Of a stretch of DNA of 64,000 nucleotides, positions 33,394 through 48,200 are shown piece by piece (the first letter of the stretch is position 1; each line of letters opens with the position of its first letter). A model generated the notes under the pieces. That model was not told the DNA's origin. It was given only the letters and a program-made list of their open reading frames with translations, and searched no databases. The stretch spans positions 21,390,001 to 21,454,000 of the forward strand of contig OX597822.1 in NCBI GenBank assembly GCA_951406725.2, in the 5' to 3' direction. A program made the translations under genes and the position numbers. The stretch is from Octopus vulgaris. Taxonomy: Eukaryota.

Positions 33394-36300
33394 ACATTCC
33401 AACACATCTAATATAAAAAGCCCCAAATATTTGTTTGTTTACATTTATACACATGGTTGATTTAGATTTTTTTTTTTTGCTCCATAGTGTGAAACTTAAT
33501 GCAGAATATCTCTCATGAACTATATTCCTATCATGAGCATCTCATGATTTTTTTAAATATAGTGTCTCAAATTTTGTGGCTTTTACTTCTGTTAATTCAA
33601 ATGATTATGCAGGAAGCTTCCCTCATTAGCCACCTACAGAAATAGTGACAAAATAATGGCAAAAAGATATACGAGGTGCATTGCAGAAGTTTTGAGACAT
33701 TTTAGGAGAGTTAGTTTTATATACACTAGATTATTGTAATTTTACTATATCATTACTATACACCCGATAAGCTTGCCTGCCAACTTTTGTTATTCTAGAT
33801 TGAAAGATACAATTCTAACAGCACTTAGAACTCACCCTAAGTGTGCATTCCAATGTTTGTAATTCCCAATTTATTGATGAAAATACTTGATCATCCTGCC
33901 TGAGGAAAAGATAGAATCTTGAAAACAAATGACAAAAGGAAGGAACAAAAATTGATGACAATGGTTAGATTGTAAAAATTGCCAAATTTTGGTTATGTTA
34001 TCAGGGCTTAAAATATCTGTGCTGACATCCTTGGGGGGCTGGATGGAGAGAGAACAGGCTCATGGGTAACAAAAATGTAGATAGAACAATGACATTAGAA
34101 ACTTGAAGGAGAGGATCCAGGTGGAGTATAAGGTTGCAGTACAAGACTGCAGTGCATAGCCAGGAGTGGTAACTGTGTCTGAGGCCCCTAATCTTCAATA
34201 TGAGCCTATTCATCATCGTTACTAGATCCATTTCAGTTCCATTTCAGATTTGAATTCAATATAATTTTTGTTATTTGTTGCTTTTGTCCCTCCCTTGTTG
34301 ATATCTGTATTGTTATTACTGATCTTGTCAAGCATGCATATAGTGAAAAGTATCTCCTGTAAGATAGAAAAAAAATGATCTTTGTGATAAGGGAATGTAA
34401 TCTAAAACACAGGTATTAAACCAATGAAGGACCATCTATGTGAGTGTTTGAGTTGCTAGAAATAGCAACCAAACCTCAGAACTTACTCTACTGCCTTAAA
34501 AACAAAAGTTTCATTGAACAAACTAGTACTAGATGCGTTTATCTGAATAAAAGAGGGAATGGTAATGGTAAGAATGCCATTGATCATGTTTGTTCAATCA
34601 GGACTGATCCAAGGCTAAACGAAGAAGAACAACATCTAATGTATTGAATGAGAATATATTCATATATGATGGTGGTGGTGGTGGTGCAAGATATATGGTA
34701 GGAACCTACAGAAATAAAGTAGTATGATCAAATTTCAATAACAGAACACAAGATATGGTTTGAAGCAGAAAAATATATTTTTGTGCAGATTTATGGTTAA
34801 ATTAAGTCTGTGATACTGTGATCAGTGAAATGAGTGTTGATAGTTTCTTAAATTACTGGTACAAAGAATATCTAAAGCTGTCTGGTGAATGTTTTATAAT
34901 TTCAAGCACTAAGTTCAAATCCTCCCACAAATTAAAATGTGCAATATTAACTTCTTATTGCGTCTCTACCCCTAAACACCAGGAATTCCTTTTTTGTTAA
35001 TGTTTTTCATGTCATCCCTGCATATGTTGACTTGTAAAGATTCAAGAGAAATGTTAATGTCCTCAGTTTCATTGGTGTAACAGGATATATAAAGGCTATG
35101 GGCACTGCCCCTTCTTCCTGATTCAACAAGTATAAAAACAAAACAAAACATTTCATGTTTTTGCTGTATAATGTAATTTTTCAGTGTATCTACTTCTGAT
35201 TGGACAGAGTAGGACATTAAATGTTTAGAATTTGATAACAGACTTATTAGAGTGGTTTAAACATTCAAACTATTGAATTTTAAACCAGCATCTGAATGAC
35301 TGGGTCAGCTATGACTCCCCAATTTTAAAATCTTGTATGGATTGAATTAATGTTGCACTTATTGTCTTGCTCCTACCACTTTTCTTTAGAAATCTTATAA
35401 ATTATAGGAAATAACATGCATCTTTACATATTAATGAGAATAAAATGTGTCCAGGCATGTATCCTTTCATAAATACATCAGATTATTTATGTAGTGATTC
35501 TATAGCTATATGGATTATGTTCGGGTATCTAAGATCATATTACAAATATCAAACATAGAAATGTTAATTCACATTCTGCTACAAGTGGTTTATTGGCATT
35601 AAAACAAGGCAATTAACTCTACTCAATTCTGTTTATTTAGCTGAGAAGTTAATCTGTGCAGTGGAAACATTTGTTTGTCATCCATTTAACATTGCAGAAA
35701 CTCTTTGTGATTCAAGAAACCATTTAAGAAACTCACGCATACAAAACCATGCGAGACATATATAAGTAAATGCTTCACACATACGTAAATACTCAATACA
35801 TAGTAGCGAGAAACAAACATGTTATTCTATTCTACTATAATTTTTCTTTGTTTGAAATTTCACAAACAACATGTACATTGTAGAAGCAAGTATTTACACA
35901 TGTTGCAACTATAGCTACTGAAATATAAAGCAGGGTGAAAGATTGGTAAAAGATCTACAATGTTTACTACAATGAAAAACAACTGCTATAGCAAAAGCTA
36001 AATGCATTTGAAAATTCAATTCATCCTCATATATGTATTCAGATTAATAAAAATAAGAATGTAGTATAATGGAAATAGTATGGAGGATAGAGATGTACAG
36101 TATCCTGTTTCATGCTTGACAAATCTGAGTTCAGTTCCTGCCAAGGTTGACTTTAGTTTTCTCATCCTTCCCAGATTTTTGGTTTATTGCTTCTGCTTCC
36201 TTTACTGGGAGAGCAAGCATATTCAAGCGTTAAAAAAAATAAAAATGGTGAGAGAGAGAGAGGAATACGAAAGAAAGGAACTATACTGGAAGACATTTCT

Positions 36301-38269
36301 ATTCTGGGAAAATATTATCAATCTTTTCAAGATTGTTCACATTTTTTTTTTATTTCTATACAATATCTACATTTGATCTTACCTCTTTAAGAAAAATTTA
36401 CTCCAATACTGCTACAATATTGGAGACTTAAACTTATTGAAAGCCATTCAAAATATGCTTTGAAGCCTTCTTTTAACAGTGCCAAAATTATCAAATCATT
36501 ATATTTTTTTTATTTATTCATTTATTATTTTTTTGTTTTGTTAAACTTCTAGTCTATGTTAACAACTGCTGAAAGAATACATCAAATGAGTTAAAATTGC
36601 TGATAACATAGTGACCTTCATGTTTCTGTTTCTCAAGAATGATTTTACGATGTATTTTTTTTTTTTTTCATTTTTCACCAAAGTCATCTTTTTAAAATGT
36701 ATAGTATTGACATATTAGCATGGCTGCAGTACTAGATTGACATACATCGAAATAAAAGAAAAATAAAGAACAAGAGATTAAGTAGATAGTTGGATGAAAA
36801 TGGTTAAATGCAAAATCTACTAAGCTTAAAAAACAAGCAGCCAAGATTCCTTTCACAATGTCAGTGGCAATGTCTTTAAAAAGTTATTTTGACATGATTT
36901 TGCATCTCTCTCTCTCTCCCTTTATGTCTCTCACTCTTTCTCTCTCCTTATTTCTTTCACACTTATTCTCTGTCTATCTCAGCCTTCCAGAAGGACCAAC
37001 TGTTTTATCCTCACCTTCCAACAAATAATGACATTTATATTTTACTCTTACATTCTTGAAATTCTGATTCATTCCTTGTGGCTCAGGTGTTACTCAGTTT
37101 ATTATAGGCTTTATTGGCTCATTTCAAACATGATTCATGCACACACACACACACACACACACATACATACATACATATATACATACAAACACACACTCTC
37201 TTTCTCTCTCTCATACACACACACACACACACACACACTTTCTGTCTTATACACACACTCCCTTTTCTCTCATACACACATGCATACGCACTTTCTCATA
37301 CATGCACATACACACACACACACACTCTCTTTCCCATTCTCACACACACACACTCACTCACATGCTCTCTCTCACACTCTCACCTGGGTCACACACTCTC
37401 TCATATACACACACACACTTTCTCTCTCTCACACACATATATACAAGCATATGCATGCATACACACATACATGTATGCATACATTCTCTCTTTCTCACAC
37501 ATGCACAATAACAACAAATATAAAAGGGGAAAAGCTCTTAACTCCCTACACTCATCCTATTAAGAACAAAATAATTGAAGATAGCAAAACCTAACATGCT
37601 TAGCTGTAACATTAACACTGGTTGTTGTTGTTACATACAACAATCAGCACCAAATTTGTTTGGAATGGGCATTTGTTAAAAAAAATTCAAAATTCTGTGA
37701 AAATACTAAAATGACAAATGAAGAATTTATGGCTATTTGAAGAGATGACTGTATATATCAGTAAAATAGGATCAAATAAGTCCTCAACAGTGTCAATACA
37801 AGATCAGAATTTGTTTCTTTTTACCAAGTATATTGCATTCATTGCTTTTTTTTTATCTCATCTCCTCACTGGAAGATTTAAAAAAATTTTTGCTATACTT
37901 TCTTCTAAGATTTAACATCTGTTGTTATAGCAGTCTCTCTTTTGAAGGGTCACTGATCTAGATCTTGTTAGCAGAGTTTTGCTGTATCTGTAAAGAAGTC
38001 AATATCACAGTTCACATAGATGAGGACAAGTAAATTTTAGAGTGTTATTATTTACTGCTATAAGCAATGTGGCTGTGATGGTAGTTGACAAGAATTATAT
38101 TTTCTTGTCTGAGCTGATGTCTTTCTGGTGACTAAAACTTGAAAAGACTGCAATAGATTTTAATGTTATTAAAACAAGGATGGGATGCAATACCTGATTG
38201 ACAATTAGAAAATTATCAATATGCAAGAATATGATTTGCTGGGTTTTTTCCCTGAGCTTATTTCAGCAT

Positions 38270-38527
38270 GGGGAGGTGCGTAGCTTAGTGGTTAGGGTGT
38301 CAGCACCATGATCGTAAGATTGTGGTTTCGATTCCTGGACCGGGTGACGCTTTGTGTTCTTGAGCAAAACACTTCATTTCACGTTGCTCCAGTCCACTCA
38401 GCTGGCAAAAATGAGTAACGCTGCAATGGACTGGCATCCTGTCCAGGTGGGGAACATATACACCATTGAAACCGGAAAACCAGGCCCATGAGCCTGGCTA
38501 AGCTTTAAAAGGGCACATTTATTTATT
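38270..38527 (+). mobile_element. tRNA-derived SINE (second family)
   Basis: A box TAGCTTAGTGG, B-box-like GTTTCGATTCC, CORE-like TTGAGCAAAACACTT and an ATTT-rich tail. A related copy lies at 60895-61210. Confidence 0.8.
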
Positions 38528-38699
38528 ATTTAAGCATAAGAAGTACCTTAGATATATTTAATGTAAGAATATCTACAGTTTAAATTTTAAATAATAAGCT
38601 TGATTTGTGTAAATAGAAACAGATGTAAATAGATTTTGTTATTCTCTTTGGGTTTAAAGTGATATTTTAAAGTGATATTTGAATTTTCATATTCTCATT

Positions 38700-39330
38700 T
38701 CTCATTCATTCTTCTAAGCTTGCATGGGCTGAATAGGTCTTCTATAGTGCAGCTGCTTGCCACTTATAGATACTTGTATGGATCTTCTCCAACATGGTGT
38801 CCTCACACTTGTTGAGATCCCTTGTCATTTTTTCACGGGGTTCAGTCATTGCTAATCCTTCTATGTCTTTCTCCTTCTAAAAACTGTCCACTTTGATCAC
38901 ATCACTTCTTTATCAAACTGCCATCTTACCTAATTGAACCTGGTATGGGCAACACTATTTACTCTCTTGCACACTACAGTTCACACTTTCCTAGTTTTTC
39001 TTTCAGCACTGTTGCTTAAGCGCACTAACATTATGCATCCAATGGTGCATACTTGCCTCATTTCTTCCCGACTTCTACACATTCTCCATTTTTGATGTCC
39101 TGCTTTGCTACAAAGCAACAATCACACTTTGTAATCATTATTCATAATACAATCTGCCTTTCACTTATTGAGGTAATCTCTTTGTTGCCATTAAAGGCTA
39201 ATATCACCTTGAATTTTCCCTCACTCCATTCTTATTCTCTTTACTCTGTTTTCAAAGCCCCTCACCTCTACTACCGATTAAGTCACCTAGGTAACAAATG
39301 CTGTTAACTACTTCTAGGGAGCCTTTCAAG
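38700..39330 (-). mobile_element. Highly degraded RTE 3' fragment
   Basis: Minus-strand remnants such as CYLGDLIGSRG and HWMHNVS resemble the 3530-4100 RTE. Confidence 0.45.
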
Positions 39331-40219
39331 CACTTGAAAGAATTTATTCTATGGATGCTCTTGTTGCTAACTACCCTTGTGATCTGCTACATATAAATTA
39401 TTCAAATATTAATTCTGCAACAACTTCCAAATATTATAATTGCTGTCTTACAATAACATTGTTCAAATGTAAAGAATCCTCACAGCTTGTCAAAGCTTTC
39501 AGTTTTGTTGTTTTCTTCTCTTGAGAGCACAGTATATAAAGCATCAAGAATTATTAATAATAGGCATAATAGTGTTAAATGATGGCAAATACCAGGGAAA
39601 TATTAGAGGGAACCAGCTACATTAAACTGTTGTGCAGTAAGGTCAACAGAATAGTGAAAGAACTGATGATATTCTATATAGATATTAAGAAACAAGACCT
39701 CACAAAATGATGTAAAGGTGTTTGACCTTTGATTATTATTAAGTGAACTAGTATTTATAATAAACTAGGAAAACACTTTAGCATATGAAAGGGCACCCAT
39801 TTAAGTATATATGCATATACAGGTCCATGAATTTGTGAATAAATTCAGGAATGTTTGTTTTTTCTGTATTTATGTGATTTATGTATTAACACAGCTATGC
39901 AAAATAAATAAATTAAATTTTTTTGATGCAAAGTATCACTAGTTTCATTGGATTCTGGATTTTACTGACTACTGTTCCATATGCAACAGTATACTAATGT
40001 ATTCTATATGTGACTGTTTTTACTTTTCTTGCTTATGATAGCACATCAAAAGTGATGACAGCATCAATTCAAGTCATTCATCTTCCTCTACCTGCAGCAC
40101 ATAGTCTCACACGGAAGTGGACATGGCCAACAATACTGATACAAGATAGACAGATCTTGTGGCACTTGCACTAATGCATAGTACGTGTGTGCATGTATAC
40201 ATATATATATATATATACA

Positions 40220-40630
40220 TTCACGGAGTGGTTGGCATTAGGAAGGGGATCCGACTGTAGAAACACTGCCAAATCAGACTAGAGCCTGGTGCAGCCTCCA
40301 TGGCTTCCAGACCCCGGTCGAACTGTCCAACCCATGCTGGAAAGGAAAACGGACGTTAAATGATGATGATGATGATGATATGTATATATGCATACACATA
40401 TATATATATTCTGATCCTGCTAGTTATTTGGTGACCTTCTGGCTGCTGGTACCATCTAAAAAGCACCCAGTACACTGTAAAATGGTTGTTAGAAAGGGCA
40501 TCCAGCCATAGAAACCATGGCAAAACAGGTAGCAGAGCTGAGTGCAGTCTTCTAGTATGCCAGTTTCTCTCAAACCATCTTGCCCATGCCAGCATAGAAA
40601 ATGGGCATTAGATAATGATGAGATGATGAT
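40220..40630 (+). mobile_element. Two RTE-type 3' tails
   Basis: GGAGTGGTTGGCATTAGGAAGGG..TTAAATGATGATG at 40225-40378 and a more decayed copy at 40450-40630. Confidence 0.7.
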
Positions 40631-40964
40631 TACACACATACACACACGTTTTTGTTCATGTTAGCATTTATGTATACCTATATAAATTGGTGTATTGCAT
40701 CAGTTTATGTCTAAAGGCCCCTTAGGTATTTAATAATTAAATAATTGCTAGATTAAAATATGTTCATGCTTGAGGAACCCTTGAGAGTGTGTCCCAGCAT
40801 GACTGCTGTCTGAGGATTAAAATCAGTAAATGAGTAAAAGAAAACCAAGTATATTAAATTTACTGTATCAAAGTATATAAAATTATGGAAAACCTTGTGT
40901 TAACTAATCAAAGTATATTCTTGTATTTTAAAACATGTACACCCTTGCTGCAGTATAAATCATT

Positions 40965-42542
40965 GTTACTGTTTTAACATCCACTTTTCCATGCTCATAT
41001 GGATTGAGTAGAATTTGTTGAGGCTGATTTTCTATGGCCAGATGCTCTTCCTGTCACTAACCCTCACCTGTTTCCAAGTAATGTAATATCTTCCCATGGC
41101 CATTGAAAACTGGAAATAATGGACACTGTTCACATGTCAGTGACACTCACAGCTATCACAGGATGTCAAGACAAATAGATATAAACATTCATGCATGCAC
41201 ACATACACATATACATATAATCTGACAGCTCTGTGTCAGCAAGACTTGAAAAAATATGGAAAAAAGGGAAAGGGGTACAGTGAACTTGCTGTGAGGAGTA
41301 GAATATCCAACAATTCAGATTCAATCCTTTGTCAGGGGGCAGAGAAAAAGAGAAGGAAAGGAGAAAAAAGTCAGAGTTTACATCCTCTCAGTTTGAAAGA
41401 CTGGCTGCAACTGATAATGGATGCAGAATAAGACGGGCTGCTAATGTGAAGTAGAAGTTATAGGAGAGGGCGTGCAGAAAGGCGAAAGAAATGGGTAATG
41501 GAGAGAGTAGAGGTAAATAAATATGGAAATGTTGCAGAGAGAGTGTGGAAGGAGGATTAAAAAGGGTAAAAAAGAATTAAGAGGAGGTGAAAAGATGAAA
41601 GGAAAAAACGTTCATTCATACCTCTTGGAAACATAGTGCCAATATCAAATATGAGATGTTGCTCCTTTTGTTTCCTAGAGAAGGGAGATCCGTGGTGCAA
41701 GGCCATACCACACACTGATAAATCTGCAATAGAATGATTCACAATGTTGAAGTGGGTGGCAACAAGTTGGCCTGGCATATGAAGCAAAGAGAAACAGGGT
41801 GACGCCTTGGGGATCACTTTTGCGAACACATAATGCTTCATATGCCAGGCCAACCTGTCGCCACCCACTTCAACACTGCGAATCATTCTGTTGCAGATTT
41901 ATCAGTGTGTGGTATGGCCTTGCACCATGGACCCCACTTCTCTAGGAAACGAAAAGAGCAATGTCTCATATTTGATCTTGGCACTATTTTCCCAACAGGT
42001 ATGAATGAACGTTTTTCCTTTCATCCTTTCACCTCCTCTTAATTCTTTTTTACCCTTTTTAATTCTCCTTCCACACTCTCTGCAACATTCCCATATTTAC
42101 TTCCTTCTACTCTCTCCATCACCCATTTCCTTCTCTTTTCTGCACGCCCTCTCCTATAACTTTTGTTTCGCATTAGAAGCCTGTATTATTCTGCATCCAT
42201 TATCAGTTGCAGCCAGTTTTTCAAGCCGAGAAGATGTGAACTCTGTTAGACTTTTTTCACCTTTTCTTCCCTTTTTCTCTGCCCCCTGATGAAGGATTGA
42301 ATCTGATACATTGGATATTTCACTCTTTACAGCAAGTTCACTGTACCCCTTTCACTTTTTTCCATATATACACACATATACATGTAATAAACTCCTTTCA
42401 GGTTCTGTCCACTGAATCTACTTAAAAGGCTTTGATCATCCCAAGGCTTTTGTAGAAGACACATGCTCCGGTTGCCATGCAGTAGTACTGAGCCCACATA
42501 GTTGGGAAACACACTTTTTACCAGTCAGCCATGCTTGCACCT
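40965..42542 (-). mobile_element. SINE with RTE-type tail, split by a PLE insertion
   Basis: Head at ~42390-42542 and body/tail at ~40965-41175 (CATGGAAAAGTGGATGTTAAAAC on the minus strand), matching the uninterrupted layout at 50388-50722. Confidence 0.6.
41254..42366 (+). mobile_element. Penelope-like element (Neptune-like endonuclease C-terminus) with inverted 5' arm and decayed minimal hammerhead
   Basis: 41254-41786 is an inverted, diverged copy of 41834-42366. Encodes ETG*RLGDHF.EH..QPVATHFN..HS..DL..RKRKEQCLIFDLGT.FP.GMNERF. CTGATGAAGGATTGAATCTGATACATTG at 42286-42313. Confidence 0.85.
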
Positions 42543-44758
42543 TATGAGTGAAATCTGTAACTGCACAGATATTTTCAACAATTTTGTTGATACATTTGAA
42601 TGCTATGTATGATCTGCAGATATGCCATAGATTGTTTGAGGTGAGTCAGAAAATATTGGGTGATTTTGAAAATTAAACTTTTTTTTAATACACTGGACCA
42701 GACTTCTTGGACCAAATCAAGATTGGTTTAATAATTGATAAGTACTTTATTTTATTGACCCTGAGGAGAATGGAAGGCAGGGTTGATCTCAATAGGATTT
42801 GAACTAAAAATGTAAAGAGATGTGATTAAATACTATAAAGCATTTTATCTACCACTAGTGAGTCTGATAATTCACTGGCTTACAATGGTTAAGGATATTA
42901 CTAGTACAACACTAAAGTATGAAATCTTTTAAAACATTGCTATATAAAATTATACAAGAGTTTCCTTGGCTCACTGAGTGTATTGCATATGCATGTGTGT
43001 AAGAGAGGAATAAGCTTTCAATATTGAAACAATGAGACAAGTAAGAGGTTGTGTGAAGTAGTAACAGTTGTACTAAGTTTTATAGACAGTGAGGCTGATA
43101 TTAGTGTAAATTCTGGGTGAGTAAGCCTATGGTCAAGGCATTCTCATCATGATCATCCAATATGTTTTTCAAGTTTAGTGTATCTTGAACTACTTTATAT
43201 ACTGTGTCATTTCACTTTCAAAGGTGAAAGGGTGAGATTTTTACAGTTTTTTCTAGCTGAATAAATGATTATACAGTCTCCCAACAATACTGGCTCATAT
43301 CAAGGTGGTGTTAGTGGAAGGAGAGAGAATAAAGGGGGTTAACAAAGATGGATAATAATTTGTATGAAAATTATTCTTTAAGGTCCCTTTAAGTAATCTT
43401 TATATTGCTAAACTGTGCAGTTTTAAACAGATTGTGTTACTTTCAATGAAAGTTCAGTGTAGAAAGTTGATTATAAAAAATGCCAGCGTGTATTGTGAAC
43501 TGAAGCGACAAATAATGGTTATGTATGTATGTCTGTGTAATTGTGTATGTATATGTATGTCCTTGTAGATGTTTGTCTACTGGTCTTACTTCTAGTTTAA
43601 AAGGGCAGAAAAAATTAAATACACAATTGACATTTTTGAGTCAATATATTTTTCCTTGCTATGAATGGGAATTTGGAAATTGCCCAAAAGCTTTCCATTG
43701 CCCTGTTTATAGAATCCAGGTGGTTTTGAAGCAAAGAAAGGTACAAATGTCAGCTTTAAGGTCACCTAAAGAAATGTAATATTTCTCATTTAGATAACTC
43801 TACAAACTCTTGGATAGATGGTCATCTGAAGTAGAAAGGTATAAAGAATGTATATGAAAAATGTTGCCTCTTGAACAATAAAATACTTTAGAGTTGATTC
43901 TTGCAATGATAGGTATAATAATAAACATAACTCTTCCTTTTGGTCAATCAAAGAATGATTATTTCTAATCTTTACAAATCTTTCATTTAATAAATAAATT
44001 GATATTTAAGCTAAGAAGTCATCATAAGTTTCAATGGAAATATTTCGTCTTAAACCACCAACAATTAATGCATAATTTTTTGCCAGAAATGTATGTTCCT
44101 CTACTGTTTACACTAACCATCCCTGCTTGGTTGAGAATGTGTGATGGTCATTAAATAAAACCCTACCCAGTAAAGAAAGCAGCTATTTGACCTGTAAGAA
44201 ATATGTTTTAAATCAAATTCTACAGTCTTGAGAAAAAATGGAAGCTTAAGACTTGAGGCGTAATACTAGCAGAACAAAAAAAAAGGGGGGACACTGATAA
44301 TCGTAAGTCTACTCTAAGATGGTTACCCTGGAGTTTAACTACAACCCCATTACCACTAGGTCCTTGGGTCTTTATAAGAGCTCACTCTACTGCAAATACT
44401 CAGACCAGACCCCTGGTTCCCTTTCTGCTTGGTTTTTACTGATACTCAATTTTGGATAACCGCATCAATCATACCAATCTGTAAGGAACTGTGAAGGTAG
44501 CAAATATTACCACTCTCTTCTTTGGTTAACTTATATATAACGACAATGGTTACTAGCCCTGTCTCCTCCGATTAAGTCATGCATAAAGTTAAGTGATACA
44601 ACTCATATCACTTCTGATTAATTTATATATGAATGTTACAGACACTGTTCCAGTCTCTTTTGATTAACTTATATGTAAAGGTTACAAGTACTGTTTTCCT
44701 TTCCCCTGACCAATATATAAAGGAAGAAATTAAATGGATGAGTGGGGAAAATATATTT

Positions 44759-45128
44759 CGGTGGCACATAAGAGAACCATCCGAACGTGGCCATTGCCAG
44801 TGCCTCCCCGACTGGCCTCATGCCAGTGGCACGTAAAAAGCACCATCCGTTCGTGGCCATTGCCAGCCTCGCCTGGCTCCCGTGCCGGTGGCACATAAAA
44901 AGCACCATCCGATCGTAGCCGTTTGCCAGACTCGTCTGGCACCTGTGCTGGTGGCATGTAAAAAGCACCCACTACACTCATGGAGTGGTTGGCGTTAAGG
45001 AAGGGCATCCAGCCATAGAAACATTGCCAGATCAGACTGGGCCTGGTGCAGCCTTCTGGCTTCCCAGACCCCAGTTGAACCGTCCAACCCATGCTAGCAT
45101 GGAAAGCGGATGCTAAACGATGATGATG
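44759..45128 (+). mobile_element. RTE-type 3' UTR element with ~3 units of the 61-bp repeat
   Basis: Homologous to 8766-9500 with fewer repeat units. Confidence 0.8.
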
Positions 45129-47109
45129 TAAGCTACAATGCCTTCTGTTCAAATTTACTGTAAGCAATATTTGGGCTCAGATCACCCTACTGATCCCTTA
45201 CATGAGCATTACTTGAAATTGTGTAACTTGAAATTGTAGAAATTGAGAAAGAAAATTTATCTCAAACTACTCCCAACCATCAAATTGGAATTAAATACCA
45301 GACAGTAAAATCTGAGAAGGCTTAGAATACTTTATGCATAATACAAAACTGGATTGAGACTCACAAACATCAAGAGCTGTAAATATACTCTCAGATTCTC
45401 TTGTATTATTGGATGTGGAGAGCTTGTTAACTCATTTATATCAGTTATTCCATCCATTCCTTACATTAATATGATATTAGCTTCAACTTGCTAAAAGGGG
45501 CTGCTAAATTCCCTCAAATCTTACTCTATCATCTTAAAATATGAGGGACAAATTGGACCAGTATAGGCCTAGATATATATAAGCAAACAAGACAGGATGG
45601 CCAAAGCTGGAATATCTTTGATCAAAGTTTTGTTTATTTTAGTATAAGTTGATGGTAATCAGCACCCGCAACTAAACTGTCTTCATGTCTGAGATGAAGT
45701 ATAAGATTATAACTTTTAATCTATATTAATTTCATCACAGATAAAATATTTTCTGTGCTTTTAAATTTTCATTCAATTTTGATCAGTTTGTTCCCTGATA
45801 ATCAATCATGTGTCATTTTCCTGGCTATGTATGTTGTACATTAATGCTTCAGTAACAATGAATACTTACATTACTAGCATTAAAGTACATATATACAGGA
45901 ATAAATCATTTGATTGCATTTATAGGTCAAACCGATCAAAGTATAAAATTGATGTAAACATTAAGAAAATGTTTAATCTCCAAAGACAAGGCTAATTATC
46001 CAAAAAATTATAATCACTTTAACACTAACATGAATATGAATACAGCTTAGTAGACTTAATCTGTAAAAGTGTATTGAGCAGTAAGATGTATAATATGAAG
46101 CACCTGATCTTTAGGTGATTATATCTGACAGGCTTTCTTCTTAGGAACAACTACTCTTAAGGGAGATGCCTTAGAATTGAAAGAATGGAATTCAGAACCA
46201 TGTGTTTCCTTTATCCTTACTAAACACTCTCAGAAATCAAATGGGTAATTAATAATGTTGGCTTTAATTTTCACACTTTTATCTTCATTAGACAATGCTT
46301 GAGTTGCATTGGGTATTGGCAAAATCAGATCTGCAGTCCTTGGAGTAGAAATGAAGAATAGTGAGTGTTAAATGTTTTGATAAAGAGAATCCCAAGCAGG
46401 TAGGGAAAACATACACACACGAATATTAATTTATATATAGGTGCAGGCATGGCTGTGTAGTTGAGGAATTTGATTCATAGCCATGTAATTTTGTGTTCAG
46501 TCCTGTTGTACAGGCAAGTATTTCTATAACCTCACATTTAGCAAGGATGTGAGTAGATTTGGTAGACAAAGAGTAAAAGAAACCTGCTGTGTATTTAGAT
46601 GTTTATGTGTGTATGTATGTGTGTGTTTATATTTTGTGAAAGCACATGCTAATTGTAGACAAATGTCACCATCATACAATCTTTGAAATTTGTGTGCAAT
46701 CTTCAATGAAATCTTCAATGATGATGTCTGGTTATTATTCTGTTTATGCGTGAAGGACTAGGAAAAAATTAACTGGAGAGGTTTCCATAAGTTCTGAGTT
46801 CAAATTCTTCTGTTACTAACCTTCTAGGATCAGTAGTATAAAAGCCAGATCACACTAGCGCTGATGTGGGTGACTCTAGGGAGACTCCAAAAGTAAACCT
46901 CAACAATAACTACACTCACTAGAGTGCATACTCCAATGGGACACACAACTGCAGGAAGTACGAAAAGAATGGGAGATGTATCAGGAATATCACTAACACA
47001 AGCAGAGTGCCAGATGCTCAAGATTACACCAACTGGACTAGCATCCCACCAATCTCTACAACACATAGGGTGACAAAAAGACCTATCAACACCTTAGATT
47101 GGCCATCTC

Positions 47110-47500
47110 TGAGATGTAACTTCAGAAATCCTGCTGACTGCCCTCTAGGGAGGCACTGCATACATACAAACATTGTCTATAAATGTGAGGTGGTTACACA
47201 GAACAGTAGCAAATATTACATAGGTACTATGGTCAACCCCTGAAGTAACACATTTATGCATAAGCACTGTCTCTCCAGCCTTAGACTTAGGTTCCCAATC
47301 TCACAAAATATATTTGTTATTTAACTGATAAGATCAACTATAAATTGAAATGGCCAGTGGTAGGATGTGTCTTGCTGTACCAGGGTGCAGGATGGCATCC
47401 ATATGAACTATTTTCTAAAGATAGGTTGGAGACAATATTTGCCAACAATAGACATCTTCTCAATAAATGTAACATCAAACAAGTCAAACATACTGAAATT
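47110..47500 (+). pseudogene. Degenerate Naiad-like PLE GIY-YIG endonuclease fragment
   Basis: CNFRNPADCPLGRHCIHTNIVYKCEVVTQNSSKYYIG parallels CNCR..C..GNQCL..VVYQC..VYIG of 17069-18232, followed by stops. Confidence 0.7.
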
Positions 47501-47807
47501 ATTAAGTTGAAAACCACCTTAACTCCTTGACTGTAACATAACTGTCCAGTATTTATATTCAGCAAGGACTATATTATCCTTTTGGGATAACGGCACTTGG
47601 TACTGGTTAGTAACACACTCTACATGAACAGTCTTGTAGCTATATCTCTATACTAACCCTTCCTCATCTATATGTTGATATATGGCAAGCTGAGGTATAT
47701 ATTTGAGTATATACCTTTGTTTGCTTGTATCAAAAACATTTTGTGGAATATTGTTATGAACAATGTTGTACATGGAATGGATAACTAACCAGACCAAACA
47801 TTGATTG

Positions 47808-47843
<36 letters not shown>

Positions 47844-48136
47844 CAATGATATTGGGTACATGTAATACTCAATCTTTCTGTGAAATACTATGTATTATCA
47901 TACAACATGAATGTAGTATGCCTAAAAAGTTGCAGAGATTCATTGACCTGTATAAAAGAAAATTTTAAAAACTTGGATTATATATCATTACATATGAGAA
48001 AAGAAATAACAATTATGCTCATACAGAGCATAAGTGGCAAGTGTGTGCAGATAAATGAATACAACAGGAGATGTTTCATCACAATATATGTTAATAGGGT
48101 GAATATTTTTGTACGGGTGTATGTCTACACACACAA

Positions 48137-48200
<64 letters not shown>

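Noticed and set aside
38276-38345. tRNA gene
   Set aside because: A and B boxes run into a SINE body, with no convincing cloverleaf or terminator.
40042-40180. AG/GT-bounded exon-like segment
   Set aside because: All three plus frames contain stops, and there is no support without transcripts.
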